Assembly: GCA_016296285.1 (NCBI GenBank)
Contig: JAEDJP010000001.1
Span: 1-52,332 of the forward strand
Source: Bacilli bacterium
GTDB taxonomy: Bacteria > Bacillota_I > Bacilli_A > RFN20 > CAG-826
DNA length: 52,332 nucleotides
Direction: 5' to 3'
Shown here: positions 15,746 to 24,909 of the stretch, piece by piece
Layout of the letters: each line of letters starts with the position of its first letter
Position numbering within the stretch: the first letter of the stretch is position 1
Made by a program: the position numbers and the translations under genes
Notes under the pieces: generated by a model
Databases searched by the model: none
Told to the model about the DNA's origin: nothing
What the model saw: the letters and a program-made list of their open reading frames with translations, nothing else

Positions 15746-18700
15746 AAAAGAACAGCCTTTTCCTCCTCAGCGCCACGCTTCTGGCCGGCATCGCGATCGG
15801 CACCCTTTCTTCCTGCGGGAACGATAACCCGTCCGAGGAATCATCGTCGAGCGCTTCCTACGTCGCCGTCGAATCCGTGGTCCTTTCAGCGACGTCCACG
15901 ACCCTCACGGTTGGGCAGACGATGCAGCTTACCGCCCGCATTTCCCCAAGCGACGCCACGAACCAGAACGTTACGTATTCCTCCAGCGACGATTCCGTCG
16001 CGACGGTCTCCGCAACCGGCCTTGTGACCGCGGTCGCGGAAGGGACCGTCTCCATCACCGTAACGACTGCCGACCAGAACAAGACGAGCTCCGTGGCCTT
16101 GACCATCGGGAAAGCCGGCTATGACTACCTCGGGGTGAACGAGCTGAGCGATCGGCTCGCGGAAACCCCCTATCAGCAAAACGTCCTCGGTCTCGATAAG
16201 TTCGGCCTTTCCGCCCCGGACCAGGTCGGCGTATCCGAATCCAAGCGCGAAGAGAAGAAGTATTCCGCGAAGGCCGAAAGCGAATACGACGTGGTCATCG
16301 ACGTCGCATCTTTGGCTCTTGGCGACATTACGCCAGTCCTTCCAAGCGCGACCGAGCTCACGAACCTGAACAAGATCCAAGGCGCGATCAACCTCGCGAA
16401 GAAGAATTCCGAGGCCGGGAAATCGAGCCTCATCAAATTGCCCAAAGGCGTCCTCGATGTCGATGCTTCCGTCGCGTCGGGCAGGCACGCCTTCGCCCTC
16501 GATGGCCTCAAGAACGTCGCGATCGTCGGGGACGAAACCACGATTCTCGTCAAGATCGCGGGCCTTTCCTACAAGGGCTACATGGACATCGCGAACTGCG
16601 AGAACCTCACGATCGACGGCGTTCAGTTTGCCCAAGAAGTCGGCGCGAACGTGACGGGTTCGGTCGAGAGCTATGACCTCGACGCCTACAAAGCCGTCGT
16701 CCGCATCGACCCCGCCTACAACGAAACGGTCCGTCGCGCGATCGAATCCGGGAAATCCCTTCGGAGCTACCTCGAATTCCATAAAGGCACCAAGGCCCCG
16801 ATTCAAAACGGCAATTTCTTCGTCGATGGCTTCAAGTCGGTGAATTTCTCCCAAGATGGGGACCATTACGTCGCGACGATCACCTTCCGTTCCGCGATCA
16901 ACCAATCCCCGATCGGAACCCTCGTTTCGATGCAATTCGCCCAATATGACGTCACGGGCATTTCCGTCTCGAATTCCGCGGACATCTACCTCGAATCCAT
17001 CGGCATGCGCAAAGCCTATGGCATGGGCCTCGTCGCGAGTTCCGCGAAGAACCTGCTCGTGAACCGGTTCGAGCTGACCGTCGAAGAAGGCTCGAAAGAC
17101 CTCATGACCTCCTGCGCGGATGCCATGCATTTCTCCCTCATGTCGGGCGACGTCAAGGTCACGAATTCCATCATCGAGTATTCCCATGACGACGCCCTCA
17201 ACATCAAGCACGGCTACTGGTATCGCCTCGAATCCGCTTCGTCGAGGGACCGCAAGTTCACCCTCGCCAAGATCACGAGCGCCATGCCGCTTCCCGCGGT
17301 CGGCGACAAGATCGCGGTCTACAACCAAACGACCTTCGAAGGCCATGGGACCTACACGGTCGCCGCGGCGGAAGAAGCCGACGGCAAGATGATCTTGACC
17401 GTCTCGGAACGCATCTCGGGCTTCTCCACCTGGGGCGAATGCCGCGTCACGTTCCTCTCGAACACCCCGTCCTTCGAATATTCGAACAACATCGTGCGCA
17501 ACAAGCGCAACCGCGGCATCCTCGTCCAAGTCCCGGGCGCCCTCATCGAGAACAACTCGTTCATCAATGTCGGCCACGGCTCCATCCAGGCCGCGAGCGC
17601 CATGGACATCTTCAACGAGGCCACCTTGCCGCAGAACCTCACGATCCGCAACAACAAGTTCATCGGCAACAACTACCTAAAAGAGGGGACTTTGTATGGC
17701 GACGTTTCTGTTTTCGCCATCTCGAACAACGCCTCGGTCGGCCCGGCCGGGACCTTGTCCAACGTCACCATCTCGAACAATTTCTTCACCGACAATGGCA
17801 ACTCCTGCGTCTCCATGCGCGGCGTCGGCTCCTCCTTGGTTGAGGACTGCCTCTTCTACAACGCCTCGAGCAGCCAGCCCACGGGAGATGCCTTCAAATG
17901 CCTCTTTAACCTCTATAACGTCGATGGCCTCACGATCAAGGGTTCCTACAACCAGGACAACCTCGCAAACGGCCTCAGCGGCATCATCCCTCAGGGGTCC
18001 ACAAGCAATGAGACCGTGTCTCTCGAGGACAACAAGGGCATTGCCTTCCAGGTAATCGATGACATCGGCCCCGAAGTCGACATCCACAAGGCGACGGGTT
18101 CCATCAACCTCGACGGCACCCTCTCGGAATGGGATGCCATCGGCGCGACCGACATCGAGCTTCGCGGCTACACGGACGCCCTCGGCGCCGAATGGACCAC
18201 GAACCAGCTCGACCCGACCTTCAAGATCAACGCCCTCAAGATGACGTGGGATAACGAAGGCATCTATATCGGATTCGACGTTTTCGATGACCTCATCGAA
18301 TGCAAGACGATCAACGACTTCTGGCTTGGCGACTCCGTCGAGATCCTCGCTTCCGCGATTCTCAACAAGCCGAACGCCGACTTGAGCGTCTACAAAGAAG
18401 AAGGCGGCGTCATCCAAGCCGCGTTCGCCCCGACGTGGGTCGATACGAATTACTCGACCGTCGCCCTCGTCCGTTCCAACAGCGCCTATGTCGAACGGAA
18501 GGACATGCTTCAGACGAAGTTCGTCCAATCCGCATCCGGATACACGGGTGAGATCTTCTTCCCCTTCGCGATGGTTCCCGAATTCAAGGAGACCATCGAC
18601 GCGGGCAAGCGCATCGACATGGCCATCATCATCGCGGATTGCGAGCGTTCGTCCCGCAAACGCATCCAGGCAAGCAACGTGCCGCACAACGTGGAAAACA

Positions 18701-18747
18701 ACAAGACCATGACCGCGCGCATGCCGCAGTACCTGTTTATCGATTGA
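15742..18747 (+). CDS. surface lipoprotein: Big_2 plus right-handed beta-helix plus C-terminal CBM9/DOMON-like module
   Basis: Lipobox T-L-S-S-C. Big_2 segment: LTVGQTMQLTARISPSDATNQNVTYSSSDDSVATV. Beta-helix motifs shared with 13511-15745: SHDDALNIKHG versus SHDDAINVKS, and NKRNRGILVQ versus NKRNRGILLQ. The C-terminal roughly 230 aa resemble CBM9 (DGTLSEWDAIGATDIEL...MTWDNEGIYIGFDVFDD). Confidence 0.6.
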   Translation: MKKNSLFLLSATLLAGIAIGTLSSCGNDNPSEESSSSASYVAVESVVLSATSTTLTVGQTMQLTARISPSDATNQNVTYSSSDDSVATVSATGLVTAVAEGTVSITVTTADQNKTSSVALTIGKAGYDYLGVNELSDRLAETPYQQNVLGLDKFGLSAPDQVGVSESKREEKKYSAKAESEYDVVIDVASLALGDITPVLPSATELTNLNKIQGAINLAKKNSEAGKSSLIKLPKGVLDVDASVASGRHAFALDGLKNVAIVGDETTILVKIAGLSYKGYMDIANCENLTIDGVQFAQEVGANVTGSVESYDLDAYKAVVRIDPAYNETVRRAIESGKSLRSYLEFHKGTKAPIQNGNFFVDGFKSVNFSQDGDHYVATITFRSAINQSPIGTLVSMQFAQYDVTGISVSNSADIYLESIGMRKAYGMGLVASSAKNLLVNRFELTVEEGSKDLMTSCADAMHFSLMSGDVKVTNSIIEYSHDDALNIKHGYWYRLESASSRDRKFTLAKITSAMPLPAVGDKIAVYNQTTFEGHGTYTVAAAEEADGKMILTVSERISGFSTWGECRVTFLSNTPSFEYSNNIVRNKRNRGILVQVPGALIENNSFINVGHGSIQAASAMDIFNEATLPQNLTIRNNKFIGNNYLKEGTLYGDVSVFAISNNASVGPAGTLSNVTISNNFFTDNGNSCVSMRGVGSSLVEDCLFYNASSSQPTGDAFKCLFNLYNVDGLTIKGSYNQDNLANGLSGIIPQGSTSNETVSLEDNKGIAFQVIDDIGPEVDIHKATGSINLDGTLSEWDAIGATDIELRGYTDALGAEWTTNQLDPTFKINALKMTWDNEGIYIGFDVFDDLIECKTINDFWLGDSVEILASAILNKPNADLSVYKEEGGVIQAAFAPTWVDTNYSTVALVRSNSAYVERKDMLQTKFVQSASGYTGEIFFPFAMVPEFKETIDAGKRIDMAIIIADCERSSRKRIQASNVPHNVENNKTMTARMPQYLFID

Positions 18748-18782
18748 TTTCTTTGGGAAATAAATTTTATAGGAGGTAAACC

Positions 18783-21044
18783 ATGAAAAAGAAATTTATC
18801 CCAATTGTCGCGATCGCCGCTCTCATGAGCCTAGGCGGCCTCGCGACGGCGTGCTCTTCCGGCGGAACTGATGTCAGCAGCTCCATTCCGGAAGAGAGCA
18901 CGAGTGTCGAGGACCCCACGCCCTCGTCAACGACTCCGAGTGAAGATACGAGCAGCGAACCCACTCCGGAAGTCATCCACGTCGAAAGCGTGAACATCGT
19001 CCTTTCCCCGACGACCATCAAGGTTGGGGAAACCTCGAGCGCGACGGTCGAGGTCTTGCCCGCCAACGCGGACGATAAGACCTACGTCATCACCTCGCTC
19101 AACGAAGCGGTCGCCACGGTCAATGGTACCACGATTACCGGCGTTGCCAAAGGCACGGCCGAAATCCAGGTCACCACGAACGACGGCGCCAAAGTCGCCA
19201 AAGCGACCATCACTGTCGAGGAAGTCGAGCTTCCGGCCCCGACCATCACGAACCCCGGCCAAACCTCTTACACGGTCGCCGCGGGCGTCGATCTCGCCCT
19301 TCCGAATGTCACCGCGACCTCGGGCGATGGCAAGACCGATCTCACCGGCGCGATGGAAGCCGAAGACTTCAATGACGCCCATTCCTTGAGCGCTGACCTC
19401 AAGACCTTCAATTCCAAGGTCGCCGGCGTCCACGTCGTTTCCTATTACGTCGAGGAAGGCGAGGCCGATGCCCTCAAATCCGCGACCCTCGAAATCGAGA
19501 TCACCGTCACCCCGGCCACTGAGAACACCTTCGTCACCACGGGCGAGAACGACCCGGCCGCGATCACGGAATACGGCACCTTCAAGGACGGCTTCGAAGA
19601 CGGCTATGATTCCCGCCTCTACAAGTCCCTTGGCGACGCCAATGGCGCGGCAAGCCTGAGCGCCACGAGCGACGCGATCATGGGCAACTCCCTCATCGTT
19701 GACTTCAACAAGACTTCCGGCAGCGCCCTCAACTCCCTCTTCGTCAACACCTTCACGAGCGTCTTGCGTCGCGGCGAATCCGTCACCTATTCGGTCGAAT
19801 TCGACTACAAGCCCCTCACGGAAAGCAGCTTTGGCGATGTTTACTTCGGCATGCGCTGGGACAACTTCGACGGCATCAACTCGCAATTCATCTCGAACAA
19901 GACCGTCGGCACCACGAGCCACTATAAGGTTTCCTTCCCCGAGACCACGGTCCCGGAGGGCGGCAATGCCGGTTTCTTCTTCTTCAAACTTTCCGGTGAT
20001 CAGACGCCTTGCAAAGTCGCGATCGACAACTTCGTCGTGACGGCCAAGAAGACCCCGACGGTCACCATCGTCACCCCGACGAGCGAGCAGCTCACGGCCG
20101 AAGGCGGCTTCACCTTCGACTGGAAGGATCGCGCCTCCACCTTCGGCAAAGGCGAGACCACCTTGGTCGAGAACATCGAGAACGAAACCATCCGCACCGG
20201 CATCTCCGGCAAGGAAGGGTTCGGCGAGAACGTCATGCACCTCACGGGCAACGATTCCCACATCTTCGCGGGTCTCAATGCTACGAACCTCGTCGCCGGC
20301 AAGAAGCTTTCCATCTCCTTCAAGTACTACAAAGTCAATGATGGCGGCTTCAACATGATCCTCATGGTTGGTGGGGCGGGCGTCACGATGAATGACAACC
20401 TCTCCATGACCGATGTCGATGGCAACATCAAGCAGTTCTACTGGGAAGGCGTCGTCCCTGCCGGCACCGGCTCGGTCAACTTCTACCCGACCAACGGCAA
20501 CTTCGACATCTACATGGGCGCGATGACCGTCAAGCTCGTCGATGCCGATCCGATCCCCGAAGGCGAGACTGCTCTCGGCCACAAAGTCGGCAAAACCTGG
20601 ACCAACACCTCCCGTCAATGGGGCGGTGGATCCGTCGCTGGCGGTCAAGCGACCCTCGAAGTCGTCGATACCCCTGCCGCCGTCACGGGCGAGGGCATCG
20701 GTGCGAAGATCTCCAAGATCACTTGGGGTGCTTCCGCGAACAACACCAACATCGAATGGTATCAGCCGGGCGGAAAGCAGATTGAAAACGGCCACGAATA
20801 CAAGATCACGATGATCTACTACGTCGAGACTTGGAATGGTGGCGCGCGTCTCATGCTTAACTTCGACAACCAGGTCTTCGAACCGGGCGCTGGCATGGAT
20901 ACTTCTGCTGGTTACCACAAGTACGAATTCACCTGGACCGCGACCAAGGCCGTCGATTTCTTCTCGGTCTACGTCCCGGAAGCAAACGGCGATTCCGTCA
21001 TCTACCTCGCGTCGAGCACCGTTGAGCTCGTCGCGATCCACTAA
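18783..21044 (+). CDS. surface lipoprotein with Big_2, an Ig-like (DUF5011-like) domain and several CBM-like beta-sandwich domains; no catalytic motif recognised
   Basis: Lipobox L-A-T-A-C-SSGG and a Ser/Thr/Pro/Glu linker. Big_2 segment: IKVGETSSATVEVLPANADDKTYVITS. This is followed by an Ig-like segment and at least two lectin-like regions. AGGAGG lies upstream of the start. Confidence 0.55.
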   Translation: MKKKFIPIVAIAALMSLGGLATACSSGGTDVSSSIPEESTSVEDPTPSSTTPSEDTSSEPTPEVIHVESVNIVLSPTTIKVGETSSATVEVLPANADDKTYVITSLNEAVATVNGTTITGVAKGTAEIQVTTNDGAKVAKATITVEEVELPAPTITNPGQTSYTVAAGVDLALPNVTATSGDGKTDLTGAMEAEDFNDAHSLSADLKTFNSKVAGVHVVSYYVEEGEADALKSATLEIEITVTPATENTFVTTGENDPAAITEYGTFKDGFEDGYDSRLYKSLGDANGAASLSATSDAIMGNSLIVDFNKTSGSALNSLFVNTFTSVLRRGESVTYSVEFDYKPLTESSFGDVYFGMRWDNFDGINSQFISNKTVGTTSHYKVSFPETTVPEGGNAGFFFFKLSGDQTPCKVAIDNFVVTAKKTPTVTIVTPTSEQLTAEGGFTFDWKDRASTFGKGETTLVENIENETIRTGISGKEGFGENVMHLTGNDSHIFAGLNATNLVAGKKLSISFKYYKVNDGGFNMILMVGGAGVTMNDNLSMTDVDGNIKQFYWEGVVPAGTGSVNFYPTNGNFDIYMGAMTVKLVDADPIPEGETALGHKVGKTWTNTSRQWGGGSVAGGQATLEVVDTPAAVTGEGIGAKISKITWGASANNTNIEWYQPGGKQIENGHEYKITMIYYVETWNGGARLMLNFDNQVFEPGAGMDTSAGYHKYEFTWTATKAVDFFSVYVPEANGDSVIYLASSTVELVAIH

Positions 21045-21068
21045 TCGTCGCGCTGTTTCTTCTTCGGC

Positions 21069-21096
21069 GTGCCCCGCGTCTTTTTTCGCGGGGCAC
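21069..21096 (+). other. perfect 10-bp hairpin between the lipoprotein block and the cytoplasmic GH block
   Basis: GTGCCCCGCG - tctttttt - CGCGGGGCAC. The T-run is in the loop rather than 3' of the stem, so this is not a canonical terminator on either strand. Confidence 0.5.
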
Positions 21097-21122
21097 GTCA
21101 CTCTCGGCTTAGGGGTCCCTAT

Positions 21123-22646
21123 ATGAATCATATTGCTCGCGGCGACCTTTATCGTCGCATCAAACTGAACCGTCGCAGACTGCGCGCGAAGATGTATCGC
21201 GCTCCCTTCGTTTTCCTCCAAGATTCGACTTGGCCCGGCGATTGGGTCGGTCGTTGCATCCTCGGCCTGGCGAGCCTCTATCGGGCGCTTGAAGGCCATG
21301 CGTCTTTGCAGGATGACGTTTTGGCGCAGCTTCGCGAAATCATCGAAGCTCTCCCGCAACACGTGAACGCGGAAGGGTATTTTGGCGATTTGGTCGATCC
21401 CGCGGCGATTAACGAGCAACAGGTTTCCGGGAATTCTTGGTTCCTTCGCGGCCTCATGGAGTATTACTTCATCACGGGCGACGAAAAGATTCTCGCCGAG
21501 ATTCGTTCGATCCTCACCCACTTCGTCTCCGCGATCGTCCCGGCTTACGCGCATTATCCCCTTGGGAGACGCGACATGGGCGGCGTCGGAGGACATATCG
21601 AAGGAAAACTCGTCGATGGGTGGCTTACTTCAAGCGACATCGGATGCGCTTTCATCATGATGGACGCCATGGGCCAAGCTTATGCCCATTTCGGGGGAGA
21701 AGAACTCAAGGCCCAAATCGAATCCGTGATCGACGTTTTCTCGTCCATCGATTTTGTTTCCTTGCAATGCCAAACCCACGCGGCCTTGTCCTGCGCTCGG
21801 GGGATCCTGACTTTCTATCAAGCAACCGGCGAAGAACGGTACCTTGATTTGGCGGAGCGGGTTTTTGCCCGTTACCGGGAAGACGGCATGACCAAGGATT
21901 TCGCGAATTTCAACTGGTTCGGAAGAGAAGAGACCTGGACCGAGCCTTGCTGCATCGTCGATTCGTTCCTTTTGTCGAGCTCCCTTTTCGATTTGACGGG
22001 GGACGCCCGTTATTTGAGTCTCATGAACCGCATTTACCTCAATGCGTTCCGCGGGGCCCAAAGAAGCAATGGCGGGGCGGGTTGCAACACCTGCCTTTCC
22101 CAGAAAAAGACGTCGATGAAAGCCTATCTATACGAAGCGTTTTTCTGCTGCACGATGCGCTTCGCGGAAGGGCTGCGCTTCGTTAGTGAGCGCTCCGCCT
22201 TCGAAAAAGACGGACGCTTGTTCGTGACCATTTTGCAGCCTGCCTCCTTTGCGCTCGATAGCGGCGTAACCGTCGAGATCAAGGGAGACATCTATCAAAG
22301 GGGAAAGGCGAAACTTTTCTTCTCTGGCGTCAAGGAACCGCTTCTGGTCTCCCTGTATGTTCCTTCCTCGCTTCCCTTCACAATCGAAGGGGCCGCGCGT
22401 TACCTCTACGAAGACGAGGTTTTGACCTTCGAGGTCGAGGATGGAAACCCGATCGAGCTCTATTTCGCCTTGGCCCCCCATAAAGAAGGCGACATCAATT
22501 TCGTGGGGGACATGATTCTCGTCCGCCGCGTCGCCGCAGGCCAAGAAGAAGCCTTTTACGTCGAGAACGCCACCTATCATTATCTGCTTGACTATTCTTC
22601 ACTGTCGGACAAAACTCTTGTGATGAACCTAGTGCAATCCTTATGA
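21123..22646 (+). CDS. putative (alpha/alpha)6-barrel glycoside hydrolase, GH127/DUF1680-like (tentative)
   Basis: 507-aa cytoplasmic protein. It has helical-repeat character and Cys-containing motifs (WTEPCCIVDS, NGGAGCNTC) reminiscent of the Cys/Glu zinc site of GH127 beta-L-arabinofuranosidases. AGGGG lies 7 nt before the ATG at 21123. The assignment is from memory of family motifs, not from an alignment. Confidence 0.4.
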   Translation: MNHIARGDLYRRIKLNRRRLRAKMYRAPFVFLQDSTWPGDWVGRCILGLASLYRALEGHASLQDDVLAQLREIIEALPQHVNAEGYFGDLVDPAAINEQQVSGNSWFLRGLMEYYFITGDEKILAEIRSILTHFVSAIVPAYAHYPLGRRDMGGVGGHIEGKLVDGWLTSSDIGCAFIMMDAMGQAYAHFGGEELKAQIESVIDVFSSIDFVSLQCQTHAALSCARGILTFYQATGEERYLDLAERVFARYREDGMTKDFANFNWFGREETWTEPCCIVDSFLLSSSLFDLTGDARYLSLMNRIYLNAFRGAQRSNGGAGCNTCLSQKKTSMKAYLYEAFFCCTMRFAEGLRFVSERSAFEKDGRLFVTILQPASFALDSGVTVEIKGDIYQRGKAKLFFSGVKEPLLVSLYVPSSLPFTIEGAARYLYEDEVLTFEVEDGNPIELYFALAPHKEGDINFVGDMILVRRVAAGQEEAFYVENATYHYLLDYSSLSDKTLVMNLVQSL

Positions 22647-24907
22647 CCGACGTTTTCGTGAATGCCCGTCCGGTTTGGAGCGAGTCGGACCTTTGCTCTC
22701 TCAACGTTTCGCTCTTTTTCGTCGTTCCTTTATCGGGAAGGGAATCCGAGATCCGGATCACCGCTTCTTCCTTCTACCGCATTTTCCACGCCGGGAAATT
22801 CATCGCCTATGGCCCAAGCCGCGATGCCCACGGCTTTTTCCGCGTCGATCGCATTCCCTTGCAAGGGCAAGGTCCTTTGATCATCGAGGTGGCCGGGTAC
22901 CACTGCAATTCGTTCTACGCCCTGAACCAAACGCCGTTTTGCCTTTTCGAGACCTTCGACGCGGAAGGGCATTCCATCGAGGCGTCATCCAAAGAAACCA
23001 AGGGCTATCGGAACGAGACGAGACTTCAGAAAGTCACGCGCTTTTCCTATCAGCGCGCCTTCTCGGAATCTTACGAATTCGACCCCCGTTATCCCCTCTT
23101 TTTGAAAACGGGGGACTGCCCGTATCAAAAAGTCGGCCTCTGCGAACTGCCGCTTCCGAACCTTGACCGAAGGATCGTGCATGACCTTTCCTTCCCTCGC
23201 GCCACCTTCCGGAAAATCGAAGAAGGAGTGGCTTCGCTCGACGCGTATTTGCCCATTTACCAAGATCGTTATCAAACGACGGAATACCTCAAAATCTTCC
23301 CGAAAGACGAATGGGAAATCGATGCCAACGCGGTTGCCTCGCAGCTTGCGTACCGCTTGGCGAAAGTCGGAGACACTCTTCGTCCTGGCACATTCTTCAC
23401 CTATGCTCTCCCTGCTTCCCTCACGGGTTTCTTCGAATTGGTCTTGGATGTCCAAGAGGACGCCCTCCTTTATCTTCTTTTCGACGAAGTGAACGTCCCT
23501 TCTCCTGCTCAACCCGGGATGGTTGGCATTTCGTTCTATCGCAACACCACGCATAACTGTATCACCTATTCCTTGAAGAAAGGGCACTATCGCCTCCTAT
23601 CTTTTGAGCCCTACACCGCCCATTTTGCCCGTCTTGTTTGCCTTGGAGGTGCGATCAAGGTCTCGTCCTTCCGTCTTGTCCGTTACGAGAATCCAGACGC
23701 CTATCGAATCCGTTATTCCTTCGAGAACAAGAAAATCGAACGCGTGTTTGCTTCCGCGGTTTCCACCTTCGCGCAGAATGCCGTGGACCTGCTCACGGAT
23801 TGCCCAAGCAGGGAACGTGCCGGCTGGCTCTGCGATTCCTTCTTCTCGGGGCAAGTCGAGCCTTTGCTCACGGGTTTCAACCTCGAGGAAGAAGCGTTCC
23901 TCGACGCGTATGCGAAATGCAAGAAAGACGATTTGCCTGAAGGGATGATCCCGATGTGCTATCCCGCGGATTTCCCGAGCAAGGAATACATCCCGAACTG
24001 GAGCCTTTGGTACATCTTGGAATTGGAACGGTTCAAAAAGAGAAACGGGGATGTCCCATTGATCGCGAAAAGCCGTAAAAACATCGAGGGCATCCTATCG
24101 TATTTCAAGAAACTCGAGAACAATGACGGGATGCTTGAGAACCTCCAAGGATGGGTTTTCGTCGAATGGAGCAAGGCCAACGATCCCGAATTCATTGCCG
24201 GGGTGAATACCCCGAGCAACATGCTTTATGCCGCCGCGCTCATCGCCGCTTCCTCGTTGCTTGGTGACCCGAATCTCAAAGCGAAAGGGGAGGCTTTGAA
24301 AGCCGCCATCAAGAAGATGTTCTTCCGCGGCGATTTCTTCGTCGATAACGCCATTCGCGATGAAGCCGGGCACCTCCATCTCACGGATAACATGTCCGAG
24401 ACCTGCCAGTATTACGCTTTGTATTTCGGGATTGCTTCGTTGGAAGATGACCCCGCCTTCGCCAAGCGCATGATCGAAGTCTTCGGCGAGTTCCGCGACG
24501 ACAAAAACGTTTACCCAACGGTTTATAAATCCAACCTTCTCATGGGAATCATGATGCGGCTCGAATGGCTGAATCGCCTTGGCATGCATCAGAAGGTTTT
24601 CGCCGAGACCATTGATTACTTTGACAAGATGGCCACCCTTACCGGGACCTTATGGGAACACGACGACGTGAACGCATCCCTCAACCATTGCTTCGCTTCC
24701 TATGTCGTCCATTTCCTTTTGGAAGCCAACTTCGGCCTCCTTTATATCGATGAAGCGAACAAGGAAATCCACCTGAAGGGATCTTCCCTCTGCGAAATGG
24801 GATCCGTGTCCATTCCATTGCGATCCGGGGGCAGGCTTTGCCTCCAAGGGAAAGACGGCAAGCGAATCATCCGCAAGCCAAAGGATTACTCCCTCGTGCT
24901 TGAATAA
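22643..24907 (+). CDS. GH78-related (alpha-L-rhamnosidase-like) six-hairpin glycosidase
   Basis: N-terminus like rhamnosidase N-domains (ARPVW..., RITASSFYRIFHAGKFIAYGP). The motif DCPSRERAGWLCD matches the GH78 DCPxR(D/N)ERxGWTGD region. ATGA overlap with the upstream gene. Confidence 0.6.
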   Translation: MTDVFVNARPVWSESDLCSLNVSLFFVVPLSGRESEIRITASSFYRIFHAGKFIAYGPSRDAHGFFRVDRIPLQGQGPLIIEVAGYHCNSFYALNQTPFCLFETFDAEGHSIEASSKETKGYRNETRLQKVTRFSYQRAFSESYEFDPRYPLFLKTGDCPYQKVGLCELPLPNLDRRIVHDLSFPRATFRKIEEGVASLDAYLPIYQDRYQTTEYLKIFPKDEWEIDANAVASQLAYRLAKVGDTLRPGTFFTYALPASLTGFFELVLDVQEDALLYLLFDEVNVPSPAQPGMVGISFYRNTTHNCITYSLKKGHYRLLSFEPYTAHFARLVCLGGAIKVSSFRLVRYENPDAYRIRYSFENKKIERVFASAVSTFAQNAVDLLTDCPSRERAGWLCDSFFSGQVEPLLTGFNLEEEAFLDAYAKCKKDDLPEGMIPMCYPADFPSKEYIPNWSLWYILELERFKKRNGDVPLIAKSRKNIEGILSYFKKLENNDGMLENLQGWVFVEWSKANDPEFIAGVNTPSNMLYAAALIAASSLLGDPNLKAKGEALKAAIKKMFFRGDFFVDNAIRDEAGHLHLTDNMSETCQYYALYFGIASLEDDPAFAKRMIEVFGEFRDDKNVYPTVYKSNLLMGIMMRLEWLNRLGMHQKVFAETIDYFDKMATLTGTLWEHDDVNASLNHCFASYVVHFLLEANFGLLYIDEANKEIHLKGSSLCEMGSVSIPLRSGGRLCLQGKDGKRIIRKPKDYSLVLE

Positions 24908-24909
24908 AC

